Below are positions 46,071 through 57,842 of a stretch of DNA of 60,308 nt, one piece after another. This stretch comes from a virus (lineage: Duplodnaviria > Heunggongvirae > Uroviricota > Caudoviricetes). Within the stretch, counting starts at the first letter, position 1. Every line of letters begins with the position of its first letter. Both the position numbers and the translations under genes were made by a program. The stretch lies in the IMG/VR virus record IMGVR_UViG_2923339551_000004, one strand, 5' to 3'. The notes below the pieces were generated by a model that was given only the letters and a program-made list of their open reading frames with translations, ran no database searches and had not been told where the DNA came from.

Positions 46071-46966
46071 AAATCCACCCCGTAAATCCAGTCAGTGTTT
46101 GTCAGGTCGAGTTTTGGTTTGCTGGCTGTCACGCCTGCCTGTTGCTTGTTACGGTTGATTTCGAGCTGGGTCCACTTGTCGCGGAGTTTGGCCGGACTCA
46201 GCACGTTACCGGACCAGAAGTTGTCCTGGCAGGCCCAGCGGAAAAGCACACACATATCGCGGTGGTTACGTCCGTCACGTTCACGCATCAGGCGGATATC
46301 GTTAGCCCACCCAGCAAAATTCGGTTTTCTGGCTGATGGTGCGATAGTCTTCACCATGTCAAACATCCACTCTGCGGCGGTCAGGTCTTCTGCTGTCCCC
46401 CACTTGCTGCCGCTCTGAATTGCAGCATCCGGTTTAACCACAGAAAGATCGTTTTCTGGCTGGTCAGAGGATTCGCCAGAATTCTCTGACGAATAATCTT
46501 TTCTTTTTTCTTTTGTAATAGTGTCTTTTGTGTCCCCCTGTTTTGAGGGATAGCAATCCCCCAATTTGAGGGATGTTTTATCCCTCGTTTTAGGGGATTG
46601 TCCCTCGTTTTGAGGGATACACCATTCTGAGATGTTTTTATTTGGTCCAAACATGCCGCCTTGCTGCTTGATAATATTCATTCTGACGAGTTCTAACTTG
46701 GCTTCATTGCACCGTTTGACAGGTAACTTTGTAATCTCGCTAAGTTGAGAATCGGTGATTCTGTCCATTGGTTTATTCCACCCATAGGTTTTACGCAGAA
46801 TGGCAAGCAGCACTTTAAACTGTCGCTTGGTCAGATCTGCGCCCGAATAAGCCTCAAGCAGCATATTTGATAGTCTGGCGTAACCATCATCGAGATCTGC
46901 CACATTACGCTCCTGTCCGGCAAAGTTACCTCTGCCGAAGTTGAGTATTTTTGCTGTATTTGTCAT
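46067..46966 (-). CDS. O: replication initiator O
   Basis: 299 aa, lambda O; contains the ori iterons. Confidence 0.95.
   Translation of the reverse strand: MTNTAKILNFGRGNFAGQERNVADLDDGYARLSNMLLEAYSGADLTKRQFKVLLAILRKTYGWNKPMDRITDSQLSEITKLPVKRCNEAKLELVRMNIIKQQGGMFGPNKNISEWCIPQNEGQSPKTRDKTSLKLGDCYPSKQGDTKDTITKEKRKDYSSENSGESSDQPENDLSVVKPDAAIQSGSKWGTAEDLTAAEWMFDMVKTIAPSARKPNFAGWANDIRLMRERDGRNHRDMCVLFRWACQDNFWSGNVLSPAKLRDKWTQLEINRNKQQAGVTASKPKLDLTNTDWIYGVDL
46480..46640. promoter_or_regulatory. ori: ori-lambda inside O: four iterons plus AT-rich region
   Basis: Four tccctcaaaacgaggga-type repeats at 46541..46640 and an adjacent A/T-rich tract at 46480..46540. Confidence 0.9.
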
Positions 46967-46976
46967 AATGACTCCT

Positions 46977-47053
46977 GTTGATAGATCCAGTAATGACCTC
47001 AGAACTCCATCTGGATTTGTTCAGAACGCTCGGTTGCCGCCGGGCGTTTTTTA
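46977..47053 (+). ncRNA. oop: OOP antisense RNA (antisense to the cII 3' end)
   Basis: Position relative to cII/O as in lambda; terminator hairpin gccgccgggcg plus T-run at ~47030..47056. Confidence 0.6.
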
Positions 47054-47292
47054 TTGGTGAGAATCGCAGCAACTTGTCGCGCCAATCGAGCCATGTCGTC
47101 GTCAACGACCCCCCATTCAAGAACAGCAAGCAGCATTGAGAACTTGGGAATCCAGTCTCTCTTCCACCTGCTGATCTGCGACTTATCAACTCCCACAGCT
47201 TCCGCTGTCTTCTCAGTTCCAAGCATTGCGATTTTGTTAAGCAACGCACTCTCGATTCGTAGTGCCTCGTTGCGTTTGTTTGCACGAACCAT
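46999..47292 (-). CDS. cII: transcriptional activator CII
   Basis: MVRANKRNEALRIESALLNKIAMLGTEKTAEAVGV...; start at MVRANK. Confidence 0.95.
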   Translation of the reverse strand: MVRANKRNEALRIESALLNKIAMLGTEKTAEAVGVDKSQISRWKRDWIPKFSMLLAVLEWGVVDDDMARLARQVAAILTNKKRPAATERSEQIQMEF

Positions 47293-47371
47293 ATGTAAGT
47301 ATTTCCTTAGATAACAATTGATTGAATGTATGCAAATAAATGCATACACCATAGGTGTGGTTTAATTGGAT

Positions 47372-47386
47372 GCCCTTTTTCAGGGC
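47372..47386 (-). promoter_or_regulatory. nutR: nutR boxB
   Basis: gccctttttcagggc, reverse complement of the boxB hairpin gccctgaaaaagggc. Confidence 0.8.
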
Positions 47387-47410
47387 GGGGATGGGTAAGA
47401 GCGGGGTTAT

Positions 47411-47620
<210 letters not shown>

Positions 47621-47637
47621 TTAGTACATGCAACTAT

Positions 47638-47701
47638 TATCACCGCCAGAGGTAAAATAGTCAACACGCACGGTGTTAGATATTTATCCCTTGCGGTGAT
47701 A
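47638..47701. promoter_or_regulatory. OR: right operator OR1-OR2-OR3 with divergent promoters pR and pRM
   Basis: tatcaccgccagaggta (OR1), tcaacacgcacggtgtta (OR2), tatcccttgcggtgata (OR3). Confidence 0.9.
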
Positions 47702-47708
47702 GATTTAA

Positions 47709-48425
<717 letters not shown>

Positions 48426-48552
48426 TAGGAAGTAAGTTTTATGTTGACGGCACAGTCAACTTGGCATAGATTAATTAAACCAAGCCCAGCCCCGTTCGCA
48501 GACAATTGTTAATATCTGCATAACGGCTCTGGGCTATTTTTTTGGGACTCTT

Positions 48553-49410
48553 ATGAAGAAAGCAGCAATTTTAATTGATGCGGGTTTTTTCATGCAGCGT
48601 GTTCATGCTACGCATCGTAAACACTTCGCCGAGCATGAACTGACTGCGCAATGCATAATGAAAGTAATATGGTCAATGGTTCTTTCCCATCTTAATGGAA
48701 AACGTCAATCACAAGAACGTAGGGAACCGCTTGAGCTTTATAGAATTTACTTCTATGACTGTCCACCACTCGACATTCAAACACGCCTTCCACTTCCTGA
48801 GCCTGGCAATAAGACGCCTGGTCGCAAGAATTTCAAACTCGAAAAATCATATATTCTGAGAACGGAGCTGCATGAAGAGTTAAGAAAAACTCGAAAAACA
48901 GCCTTAAGATTAGGGAATCTTGTTGATAATAAGCGATGGCAACTAACTACATTCTCCCTTGATGCTCTGATGAAAGGAACGAAAAAATGGGATGAACTGA
49001 CAAATGATGATTTTTACTATGACATCAAACAAAAACAAGTTGATATCAAGCTAGGGATGGATATCACGACTTTAGCTTATGAAAAACTTGTTGATGTAAT
49101 TGTCCTTGTTGCTGGGGACTCAGACTTTGTGCCTGCCGCCAAACACGCCAGAATTAAAGGTATTGATTTTATTCTTGATCCACTAAGACAGAATGTTACC
49201 CCATCACTGTCAGAGCACATTGATGGAGTTCAGTCATACAGCTTGATATCAGGACTTGCCGATGCTTTACATGTTGAGCCAGACCCGGCACCTGACTGGT
49301 GGGAAGATCGAAAAAAAGGCAAGCCTAGGGGAAAAAACAATAGCGGTAAACGCAGGTATGGAAACACTCAAGCTGAGTCTGCAAAGAAACATCAAAGAAA
49401 TAAACGATAA
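48553..49410 (+). CDS. NYN-domain (PIN-like nuclease superfamily) protein with basic C-terminal tail, occupying the rexAB position
   Basis: N-terminal AILIDAGFF, central KQVDIKLGMDITTLAYE and VIVLVAGDSDFVPAA resemble NYN/LabA-like motifs; no similarity to RexA or RexB. Confidence 0.55.
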   Translation: MKKAAILIDAGFFMQRVHATHRKHFAEHELTAQCIMKVIWSMVLSHLNGKRQSQERREPLELYRIYFYDCPPLDIQTRLPLPEPGNKTPGRKNFKLEKSYILRTELHEELRKTRKTALRLGNLVDNKRWQLTTFSLDALMKGTKKWDELTNDDFYYDIKQKQVDIKLGMDITTLAYEKLVDVIVLVAGDSDFVPAAKHARIKGIDFILDPLRQNVTPSLSEHIDGVQSYSLISGLADALHVEPDPAPDWWEDRKKGKPRGKNNSGKRRYGNTQAESAKKHQRNKR

Positions 49411-49600
49411 TCCCATCAACCCGGCCACCGAGCCGGGTTTTCTTTGCCTCACGATCGCCCCACCTAAAAACACATAACCAATTGTATTTATTTTAAAATT
49501 AATAGGTGCAACTCACTAAACAACGCAATTCTGATCTCTCGATCACCTCCCAAGCCACACAACCCTGCAAAAAATAAATCTATATAAAAAACATACAGAT

Positions 49601-49661
49601 AACCATCTGCGGTGATAAATTATCTCTGGCGGTGTTGACACAAATACCACTAGCGGTAATA
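49601..49661 (+). promoter_or_regulatory. OL: left operator OL1-OL3 with promoter pL
   Basis: aaccatctgcggtgata, tatctctggcggtgttg, taccactagcggtaata; -35 ttgaca. Confidence 0.9.
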
Positions 49662-49702
49662 CTAAACACACCAGCAGGACGCACTAACCCACATGAAGGT
49701 GA

Positions 49703-49733
49703 TGCTCTTAAAAATTAAGCCCTGAAGAAGGGC
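49703..49733 (+). promoter_or_regulatory. nutL: nutL (boxA and boxB)
   Basis: cgctctta (boxA) and gccctgaagaagggc (boxB). Confidence 0.85.
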
Positions 49734-49891
49734 AGCATTCAAAGCAGAAGGCTTTGGGGTGTGTGATACGAAACGAAACATTGGCCGGAAGTGCGAATCC
49801 GGATTAGCTGCAAATGAGCCAATCGTGGGGTGTTTTCGTTCAGGACTACGACTCCCACACACCACCAAAGCTAACTGACAAGAGAATCCAG

Positions 49892-50789
<898 letters not shown>

Positions 50790-50930
50790 TTAAAAGACAG
50801 GCATACTAATAAACACTGCACTGTGTATTTATTCCAACGAGTGAATACACGGAGCAATGTCGCTCGTAACTAAACAGGAGCCGACTTGTTCTGATTATTG
50901 GAAATCTTCTTTGCCCTCCTGGATTTGCCC

Positions 50931-51836
50931 CTATATTTCCAGACATCTGTTATCACTTAACCCATTACAAGCCCGCTGCCGCAGATATTCCCGTGGCGAG
51001 CGATAACCCAGCGCACTATGCGGATGCCATTCGTTATAATGCTCGAACGCCTCTGCAAGGTTCTTTGCTGCCGTTAACCCGTCTGGTTTGGGCATGATAC
51101 TGATGTAGTCACGCTTTATCGTTTTCACGAAGCTCTCTGCGATTCCGTTACTCTCCGGACTCCGCACCGCCGTGTTCTTCGGTTCAAGTCCCAACATCCG
51201 GGCGAACTGGCGTGTTTCATTAGCCCGGTAGCATGAACCATTATCCGTCAGCCACTCCACTGGAGACGACGGAAGATCGTTGCCGAAGCGGCGTTCCACC
51301 GCTCCCAGCATGACGTCCTGTACTGTTTCACTGTTGAAGCCGCCGGTAGTGACCGCCCAGTGCAGTGCCTCACGATCACAGCAGTCCAGCGCGAACGTGA
51401 CACGCAGTCTCTCTCCGTTATCACAGCAGAACTCGAACCCGTCAGAGCACCATCGCTGATTGCTTTCTTTCACGGCCACTCTGCCTGTATGTGCCCGTTT
51501 CGATGGCGGTACAGCAGGTTTTCGCTCAAGCAACAGCGCATTCTGGCGCATGATCCGGTAAACACGTTTGGCATTGATCGCAGGCATACCATCAAGTTCT
51601 GCCTGTCTGCGAAGCAGCGCCCATACCCGACGATAACCATACGTGGGCAGCTCTCCGATAACATGGTGTATACGGAGAAGCACATCCGTATCATCAGTGT
51701 GACGACTGCGGCGGCCATCCATCCAGTCATCGGTTCGTCTGAGAATGACGTGCAACTGCGCACGCGACACCCGGAGACAACGGCTGACTAAGCTTACTCC
51801 CCATCCCCGGGCAATAAGGGCGCGTGCGCTATCCAC
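50931..51836 (-). CDS. insD: IS2 transposase InsD (OrfB)
   Basis: 301 aa, DDE transposase. Confidence 0.9.
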
Positions 51837-52159
51837 TTTTTTGCCCGTCCATATTCAACGGCTTCTTTGAGGAGTTCATTTTCCATCGTTTTCTTGCCGA
51901 GCAGGCGCTGGAGTTCTTTAATCTGCTTCATGGCGGCAGCAAGTTCAGAGGCAGGAACAACCTGTTCTCCGGCGGCGACAGCAGTAAGACTTCCTTCCTG
52001 GTATTGCTTACGCCAGAGAAATAACTGGCTGGCTGCTACACCATGTTGCCGGGCAACGAGGGAGACCGTCATCCCCGGTTCAAAGCTCTGCTGAACAATT
52101 GCGATCTTTTCCTGTGTGGTACGCCGTCTGCGTTTCTCCGGTCCTAAGACATCAATCAT
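51794..52159 (-). CDS. insC: IS2 InsC (OrfA)
   Basis: [47 protein letters not shown]... Confidence 0.9.
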
Positions 52160-52294
52160 CTGCTCTCCAATGACTAGTCTAAAAACTAGTATTAAGACTA
52201 TCACTTAAATAAGTGATACTGGTTGTCTGGAGATTCAGGGGGCCAGTCTACCTCCAGTGTGAGGGCGATTTTTTATCTATGAGGATATGAATAG

Positions 52295-52663
52295 GTGTCA
52301 AACATCAAAAAATACATCATTGATTACGACTGGAAAGCATCAATAGAAATTGAAATCGACCATGACGTAATGACAGAGGAAAAACTTCACCAGATTAATA
52401 ATTTCTGGTCAGACTCTGAATACCGACTCAATAAACACGGCTCTGTATTAAATGCTGTATTAATCATGCTGGCGCAACATGCTCTGCTTATAGCAATTTC
52501 AAGCGACTTAAATGCATATGGTGTTGTGTGTGAGTTCGACTGGAATGATGGAAATGGTCAGGAAGGATGGCCTCCAATGGATGGTAGCGAAGGAATAAGA
52601 ATTACCGATATCGATACATCAGGAATATTTGATTCAGATGATATGGCTATCAAGGCCGCCTGA
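52295..52663 (+). CDS. ea10: Ea10 (Ssb-like early protein)
   Basis: 122 aa, MSNIKKYIIDYDWKASIEIEIDHDVM... Confidence 0.85.
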   Translation: MSNIKKYIIDYDWKASIEIEIDHDVMTEEKLHQINNFWSDSEYRLNKHGSVLNAVLIMLAQHALLIAISSDLNAYGVVCEFDWNDGNGQEGWPPMDGSEGIRITDIDTSGIFDSDDMAIKAA

Positions 52664-52736
52664 GTGCGGCTTTACCGCATACCAATAACGCTTCACTCGA
52701 GGCGTTTTTCGTTATGTATAAATAAGGAGCACACCA

Positions 52737-52876
52737 TGCAATATGCCATTGCAGGGTGGCCTGTTGCTGGCTGCCCTTCCGAATCTTTACTTGAACGAAT
52801 CACCCGTAAATTACGTGACGGATGGAAACGCCTTATCGACATACTTAATCAGCCAGGAGTACCCAAAAATGGATAA
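52737..52876 (+). CDS. cIII: CIII (FtsH inhibitor)
   Basis: [46 protein letters not shown]. Confidence 0.9.
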
Positions 52877-53012
52877 AAAACTTATGGCTATCCAGACAAA
52901 ATTCACTATTGCCACTTTTATTGGCGATGAAAAGATGTTTCGTGAGGCCGTCGACGCTTATAAAAAATGGATATTAATACTGAAACTGAGATCAAGCAAA
53001 AGCATTCACTAA
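52869..53012 (+). CDS. kil: Kil
   Basis: [47 protein letters not shown], 47 aa. Confidence 0.85.
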   Translation: MDKKLMAIQTKFTIATFIGDEKMFREAVDAYKKWILILKLRSSKSIH

Positions 53013-53383
53013 CCCCCTTTCCTGTTTTCCTAATCAGCCCGGCATTTCGCGGGCGATATTTTCACAGCTATTTCAGGAGTTCGGCCATGAACGCTTATTA
53101 CATTCAGGATCGTCTTGAGGCTCAGAGCTGGGCGCGTCACTACCAGCAGATAGCCCGTGAAGAGAAAGAGGCAGAACTGGCAGACGACATGGAAAAAGGC
53201 CTGCCCCAGCACCTGTTTGAATCGCTATGCATCGATCATTTGCAACGCCACGGGGCCAGCAAAAAAGCCATTACCCGTGCGTTTGATGACGATGTTGAGT
53301 TTCAGGAGCGCATGGCAGAACACATCCGGTACATGGTTGAAACCATTGCTCACCATCAGGTTGATATTGATTCAGAGGTATAA
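52967..53383 (+). CDS. gam: Gam (RecBCD inhibitor)
   Basis: 138 aa, [36 protein letters not shown]... Confidence 0.95.
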   Translation: MDINTETEIKQKHSLTPFPVFLISPAFRGRYFHSYFRSSAMNAYYIQDRLEAQSWARHYQQIAREEKEAELADDMEKGLPQHLFESLCIDHLQRHGASKKAITRAFDDDVEFQERMAEHIRYMVETIAHHQVDIDSEV

Positions 53384-53388
53384 AACGG

Positions 53389-54174
53389 ATGAGTACAGCA
53401 CTCGCAACGCTGGCAGGGAAGCTGGCTGAACGTGTCGGCATGGATTCTGTCGACCCACAGGAACTGATCACCACTCTTCGCCAGACGGCATTTAAAGGCG
53501 ATGCCAGCGATGCGCAGTTCATCGCATTGTTGATCGTCGCCAACCAGTACGGCCTTAATCCGTGGACGAAAGAAATTTACGCCTTCCCTGACAAGCAGAA
53601 CGGCATCGTTCCGGTGGTGGGCGTTGATGGCTGGTCCCGTATCATCAATGAAAACCAGCAGTTTGATGGCATGGACTTTGAGCAGGACAATGAATCATGT
53701 ACATGCCGGATTTACCGCAAGGACCGTAATCATCCGATCTGCGTTACCGAGTGGATGGATGAATGCCGCCGCGAACCATTCAAAACCCGCGAAGGCAGAG
53801 AAATCACCGGACCGTGGCAGTCGCATCCCAAACGGATGTTACGGCATAAAGCCATGATTCAGTGTGCCCGTCTGGCCTTCGGATTTGCTGGTATCTATGA
53901 CAAGGATGAAGCCGAGCGCATTGTCGAAAATACCGCATACACTGCAGAACGTCAGCCGGAACGCGACATCACTCCGGTTAACGATGAAACCATGCAGGAG
54001 ATTAACACTATGCTGATTGCCCTGGACAAAACATGGGATGACGACTTATTGCCGCTCTGTTCCCAGATATTTCGCCGCGACATTCGCGCATCGTCAGAAC
54101 TGACACAGGCCGAAGCAATGAAAGCTCTTGGATTCCTGAAACAGAAAGCCTCTGAACAGAAGGTGGCTGCATGA
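53389..54174 (+). CDS. bet: Bet (Red-beta single-strand annealing protein)
   Basis: 261 aa, [35 protein letters not shown]... Confidence 0.95.
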   Translation: MSTALATLAGKLAERVGMDSVDPQELITTLRQTAFKGDASDAQFIALLIVANQYGLNPWTKEIYAFPDKQNGIVPVVGVDGWSRIINENQQFDGMDFEQDNESCTCRIYRKDRNHPICVTEWMDECRREPFKTREGREITGPWQSHPKRMLRHKAMIQCARLAFGFAGIYDKDEAERIVENTAYTAERQPERDITPVNDETMQEINTMLIALDKTWDDDLLPLCSQIFRRDIRASSELTQAEAMKALGFLKQKASEQKVAA

Positions 54175-54851
54175 CACCGGACATTATCCTGCAGCGTACC
54201 GGGATCGACGTGAGAGCTGTCGAACAGGGGGATGATGCATGGCACAAATTACGGCTCGGCGTCATCACCGCTTCAGAAGTTCACAACGTGATAGCAAAGC
54301 CCCGCTCAGGAAAGAAGTGGCCTGACATGAAAATGTCCTACTTCCACACCCTGCTGGCTGAGGTTTGCACCGGTGTGGCTCCGGAAGTTAACGCTAAGGC
54401 GCTGGCCTGGGGAAAACAGTACGAGAACGACGCCAGAACCCTCTTTGAGTTCACTTCCGGCGTTAATGTTACTGAATCCCCGATCATCTATCGCGACGAA
54501 AGTATGCGCACCGCCTGCTCTCCCGATGGTTTATGCAGTGACGGCAACGGCCTTGAACTGAAATGCCCGTTTACCTCCCGGGATTTCATGAAGTTCCGGC
54601 TCGGTGGTTTCGAGGCCATAAAATCGGCTTACATGGCCCAGGTGCAGTACAGCATGTGGGTGACGCGAAAAGATGCCTGGTACTTTGCCAACTATGACCC
54701 ACGAATGAAGCGTGAAGGCCTGCATTATGTCGTGGTTGAGCGGGATGAAAATTACATGGCGAGTTTTGACGAGATGGTGCCGGAGTTCATCGAAAAAATG
54801 GACGAGGCACTGGCTGAAATTGGTTTTGTATTTGGGGAGCAATGGCGATGA
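54171..54851 (+). CDS. exo: Exo (lambda exonuclease)
   Basis: 226 aa, [38 protein letters not shown]... Confidence 0.95.
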   Translation: MTPDIILQRTGIDVRAVEQGDDAWHKLRLGVITASEVHNVIAKPRSGKKWPDMKMSYFHTLLAEVCTGVAPEVNAKALAWGKQYENDARTLFEFTSGVNVTESPIIYRDESMRTACSPDGLCSDGNGLELKCPFTSRDFMKFRLGGFEAIKSAYMAQVQYSMWVTRKDAWYFANYDPRMKREGLHYVVVERDENYMASFDEMVPEFIEKMDEALAEIGFVFGEQWR

Positions 54852-55030
54852 CGCATCCTCACGATAATATCCGGGTAGGCGCGATCACTTTCGTCTACTC
54901 CATTACAAAGCGAGGCTGGGTATTTCCCGGCCTTTCTGTTATCAGAAATCCCCTGAAAGCACAGCGGCTGGCTGAGGAGATAAATAATAAACGGGGAGCT
55001 GTATGCACAAAGCATCTCCCGTTGAGTTAA
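54842..55030 (+). CDS. lambda orf60a homolog
   Basis: [28 protein letters not shown]... Confidence 0.8.
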   Translation: MAMTHPHDNIRVGAITFVYSITKRGWVFPGLSVIRNPLKAQRLAEEINNKRGAVCTKHLPLS

Positions 55031-55194
55031 GAACGAGTATCGAGATGGCACATAGCCTCGCTCAAATTGGAGTCAGGTTTGTGCCAATACCAGTAGAAAC
55101 AGACGAAGAATTTCATACGTTAGCCGCATCCCTTTCACAAAAGCTGGAAATGATGGTGGCGAAAGCAGAAGCAGATGAGAGAGACCAGGTATGA
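55003..55194 (+). CDS. lambda orf63 homolog
   Basis: [37 protein letters not shown]... Confidence 0.8.
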   Translation: MHKASPVELRTSIEMAHSLAQIGVRFVPIPVETDEEFHTLAASLSQKLEMMVAKAEADERDQV

Positions 55195-55270
55195 CAACCA
55201 CTGAATGCATTTTTCTGGCAGCGGGCTTCATATTCTGTGTGCTTATGCTTGCCGACATGGGGCTTGTTCA

Positions 55271-55486
55271 ATGACACCTCAGCAAGAAAACGCCCTTCGC
55301 AGCATTGCCCGTCAGGCTAATTCTGAAATCAAAAAAGCCAGACAGCAGTTTCCGGATAAAAACGTCGATGACATTTGCCGTAGCGTACTAAAGAAGCACC
55401 GCGAAACGGTAACGCTGATGGGATTCACACCGACTCATTTAAGCCTGGCGATCGGCATGTTGAACGGCGTCTTTAAGGAACGGTGA
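55271..55486 (+). CDS. lambda orf61 homolog
   Basis: MTPQQENALRSIARQANSEIKKARQQFPDKNVDDICRS...; start inside the longer track ORF. Confidence 0.75.
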   Translation: MTPQQENALRSIARQANSEIKKARQQFPDKNVDDICRSVLKKHRETVTLMGFTPTHLSLAIGMLNGVFKER

Positions 55487-55584
55487 ACATGAAAAGCAAA
55501 ATCATCAGGGAGCTACAGGCTCCTTTTTTATTATTCGCATTCACCCTCAAGCGTATTAACCAACAATTCAGGGATTAATGAAAG

Positions 55585-55806
55585 ATGGCAGACATCATTG
55601 ATTCAGCATCAGAAATTGAAGAATTACAGCGCAACACAGCAATAAAAATGCGCCGCCTGAACCACCAGGCTATATCTGCCACTCATTGTTGTGAGTGTGG
55701 CGATCCGATAGATGAACGAAGACGCTTGGCCGTTCAGGGTTGTCGGACTTGTGCAAGTTGCCAGGAGGATCTGGAACTTATCAGTAAACAGAGAGGTTCG
55801 AAGTGA
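55585..55806 (+). CDS. TraR/DksA-family C4 zinc-finger protein (lambda orf73-like)
   Basis: CCECGDPIDERRR...CRTCASC. Confidence 0.8.
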   Translation: MADIIDSASEIEELQRNTAIKMRRLNHQAISATHCCECGDPIDERRRLAVQGCRTCASCQEDLELISKQRGSK

Positions 55807-56351
55807 GCGAAATTAACTCTCAGGCACTGCGTGAGGCGGCAGTAGCAATTGAAACAGTAGCAACACCTCAAAAATTGCTGGCATTTCGTATGAAAGTCAC
55901 ACCTCAGGTTGTGCTGGCTCTACTGGATGAACGAGATGCATTAAATGAACGCCTAGCCGAACTGGAGGCTGATTTAGCAGGGCTGGCCGAAGACCACCAG
56001 AAAGCGACTGAGTCAATTAAGCAGGCTGATGCAGCTGTTAAGTTGGCACACGAGAAGTTTTCGGCGCTGGCGGCGGAGAATGAGCTGGCTCGTAAAGCAG
56101 TTCAGGAATTCTGCGATGTTGTTGGCGACAGCACCGAGGTTATCTGCGAGGAGATTGGGAGAGATGGTGTTCTGGTTATTTTGGAGGCCATGAAGGCAAC
56201 AGGAAATATGCCAGCCACCGATGCTTTCCTGGCTGAAGTACGGGCGCAGGGGGTGGAGATGATGCGCGAACATCCATCAATCAAACTTTGCTCTTTGACG
56301 CACATATGTGATGAGTTAGCCGCCCAGCTTCGCAAAGGAGGCAACCAGTGA
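55803..56351 (+). CDS. ea22: Ea22-like protein (conserved N-terminus, divergent remainder)
   Basis: 182 aa; MSEINSQALREAA as in lambda Ea22, the rest coiled-coil-like and different. Confidence 0.6.
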   Translation: MSEINSQALREAAVAIETVATPQKLLAFRMKVTPQVVLALLDERDALNERLAELEADLAGLAEDHQKATESIKQADAAVKLAHEKFSALAAENELARKAVQEFCDVVGDSTEVICEEIGRDGVLVILEAMKATGNMPATDAFLAEVRAQGVEMMREHPSIKLCSLTHICDELAAQLRKGGNQ

Positions 56352-56481
56352 CTGGACATGCAGCAATCCTCGACATGTGCTGTGGCAGTCGCATGTTCTG
56401 GTTAGATAAGAATGACGAACGGGCGAGATAAGCGATCGGTTAAGTGCTATAGTAATGCGCTTTTGTATTTATGGAGTGAAT

Positions 56482-57180
56482 ATGAAAAATATCCTACTGG
56501 CATCATTGTTAGTGGCATCGCCGGGTGCATTTGCAGCCAGCTTTGACTGCCAAAAGGCTTCGACAGCAATCGAACATAAAATCTGCGATAACGAACGTCT
56601 GTCAAAATTAGACGAACAGCTTAGCTCTGCCTATTCTAGTGCCCTCAAAGGAAACCCAGAGAACGCAGACACCCTAAAAATGGTTCAACGTCAGTGGGTA
56701 AATATGCGTGGAAAACTCACTGATAATAAGGCTCTGGAGCTGGCTTATCTTATCCAAATTAATGGCCTCAAAGGTTTGGGGAGTTCAGTCAGCGTAACAG
56801 CGGCCAATGACATACCCACGTCGGCGCAGAAACATTCTAAAGAGCAGGAAGATACAAGTAAGGCAGAAGCTAAGTCGGTCAAGAACGGCAATAAGCTAAC
56901 CTTAGAGTCATTCCGAGCTAAATATGTAGAAGTAGATGGTGAGTATTACAGCACGACATCCATTCCTAGAGGCAGTTCGTTCTTGTTCACTTGCGCTAGT
57001 CGTATTGCTGATGACCAAGTGAATATTTGGAAGAAACAGGCAGCCAAAGAGGGCAAAATCGACCTATTCTTTGAGGTTGAGAATCACTTACACACGGCTA
57101 TGTTGAACGCCAATTTTCAGAAGTTGAATTCAGACCCTGCCAAAAGAGGTATTTGTAATCTGATTAACGCAGTGCCGTAA
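56482..57180 (+). CDS. secreted DUF1311 (lysozyme-inhibitor LprI-like N-terminal domain) protein, moron
   Basis: Signal peptide MKNILLASLLVASPGAFAA; SFDCQKASTAIEHKICDNERLSKLDEQLSSAY...VQRQW; RBS ggagtga; occupies the ea8.5 position. Confidence 0.6.
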   Translation: MKNILLASLLVASPGAFAASFDCQKASTAIEHKICDNERLSKLDEQLSSAYSSALKGNPENADTLKMVQRQWVNMRGKLTDNKALELAYLIQINGLKGLGSSVSVTAANDIPTSAQKHSKEQEDTSKAEAKSVKNGNKLTLESFRAKYVEVDGEYYSTTSIPRGSSFLFTCASRIADDQVNIWKKQAAKEGKIDLFFEVENHLHTAMLNANFQKLNSDPAKRGICNLINAVP

Positions 57181-57189
57181 GTAAATTTA

Positions 57190-57225
57190 GGGCCACAGTT
57201 GTGGCCTTAAATATTTTTTTCAGCC
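57190..57225 (+). terminator. intrinsic terminator after the DUF1311 gene
   Basis: gggccacagttgtggcc followed by a T-rich run. Confidence 0.6.
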
Positions 57226-57416
57226 TTTTCTTATTTGTAATAAGCAGTACTTGGTAGTGCTTATAAAACAGAATAAAAAATATATGACTTTGGCGATTAC
57301 CCAGTAAAGATATTCGAAATAAATGTAAATATCGACAATGAATAACTATCCTCGCACTCGCGGGGATTTCTTTTATCTGAACTCGCTACGGCGAGTTTTT
57401 TTTATGGAGATGATAA

Positions 57417-57584
57417 ATGCACTTCCGAGTCACAGGTGAATGGAATGGAGAACCATTCAACAGAGTTATCGAAGCCGAGAACATCAGCGACTGCTATGAC
57501 CACTGGATGCTGTGGGCGCAGATAGCACATGCAGACGTAACCAATATTCGAATTGAAGAACTGAAAGAACACCAAGCCGCCTGA
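57417..57584 (+). CDS. small conserved ORF upstream of xis (55 aa)
   Basis: MHFRVTGEWNGEPFNRVIEAENISDCYDHWMLWAQIAHADVTNIRIEELKEHQAA; below the ORF-track size cutoff; followed by hairpin gccgcctgatggcgg plus T-run. Confidence 0.6.
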   Translation: MHFRVTGEWNGEPFNRVIEAENISDCYDHWMLWAQIAHADVTNIRIEELKEHQAA

Positions 57585-57623
57585 TGGCGGTTTTTTCTTG
57601 CGTGTAATTGCGGAGACTTTGCG

Positions 57624-57842
57624 ATGTACTTGACACTTCAGGAGTGGAACGCACGCCAGCGACGCCCAAGAAGCCTTGAAACAGTTCGTCGATGGGTACG
57701 CGAGTGCAGGATATTCCCTCCTCCGGTTAAGGATGGAAGAGAGTATCTGTTCCACGAATCAGCGGTAAAGGTTGACTTAAATCGACCAGTAACAGGTAGC
57801 CTTTTGAAGAGGATCAGAAATGGGAAGAAGGCGAAGTCATGA
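57624..57842 (+). CDS. xis: excisionase Xis
   Basis: 72 aa, MYLTLQEWNARQRRPRSLETVRRWVRECRIFPPPVKDGREYLF... Confidence 0.95.
   Translation: MYLTLQEWNARQRRPRSLETVRRWVRECRIFPPPVKDGREYLFHESAVKVDLNRPVTGSLLKRIRNGKKAKS

Larger units (their letters stand above)
50920..52250 (-). mobile_element. IS2: IS2 insertion sequence (1331 bp) with 5-bp target-site duplication CCTCC
   Basis: Ends tggatttgcccc (50920) and ggccagtcta (52250); CCTCC at 50915..50919 and 52251..52255. Confidence 0.9.

Noticed and set aside
57402-57755. 117-aa minus-strand ORF near xis
   Set aside because: It overlaps the conserved 55-aa plus-strand ORF and the xis start on the opposite strand, with no supporting signals.
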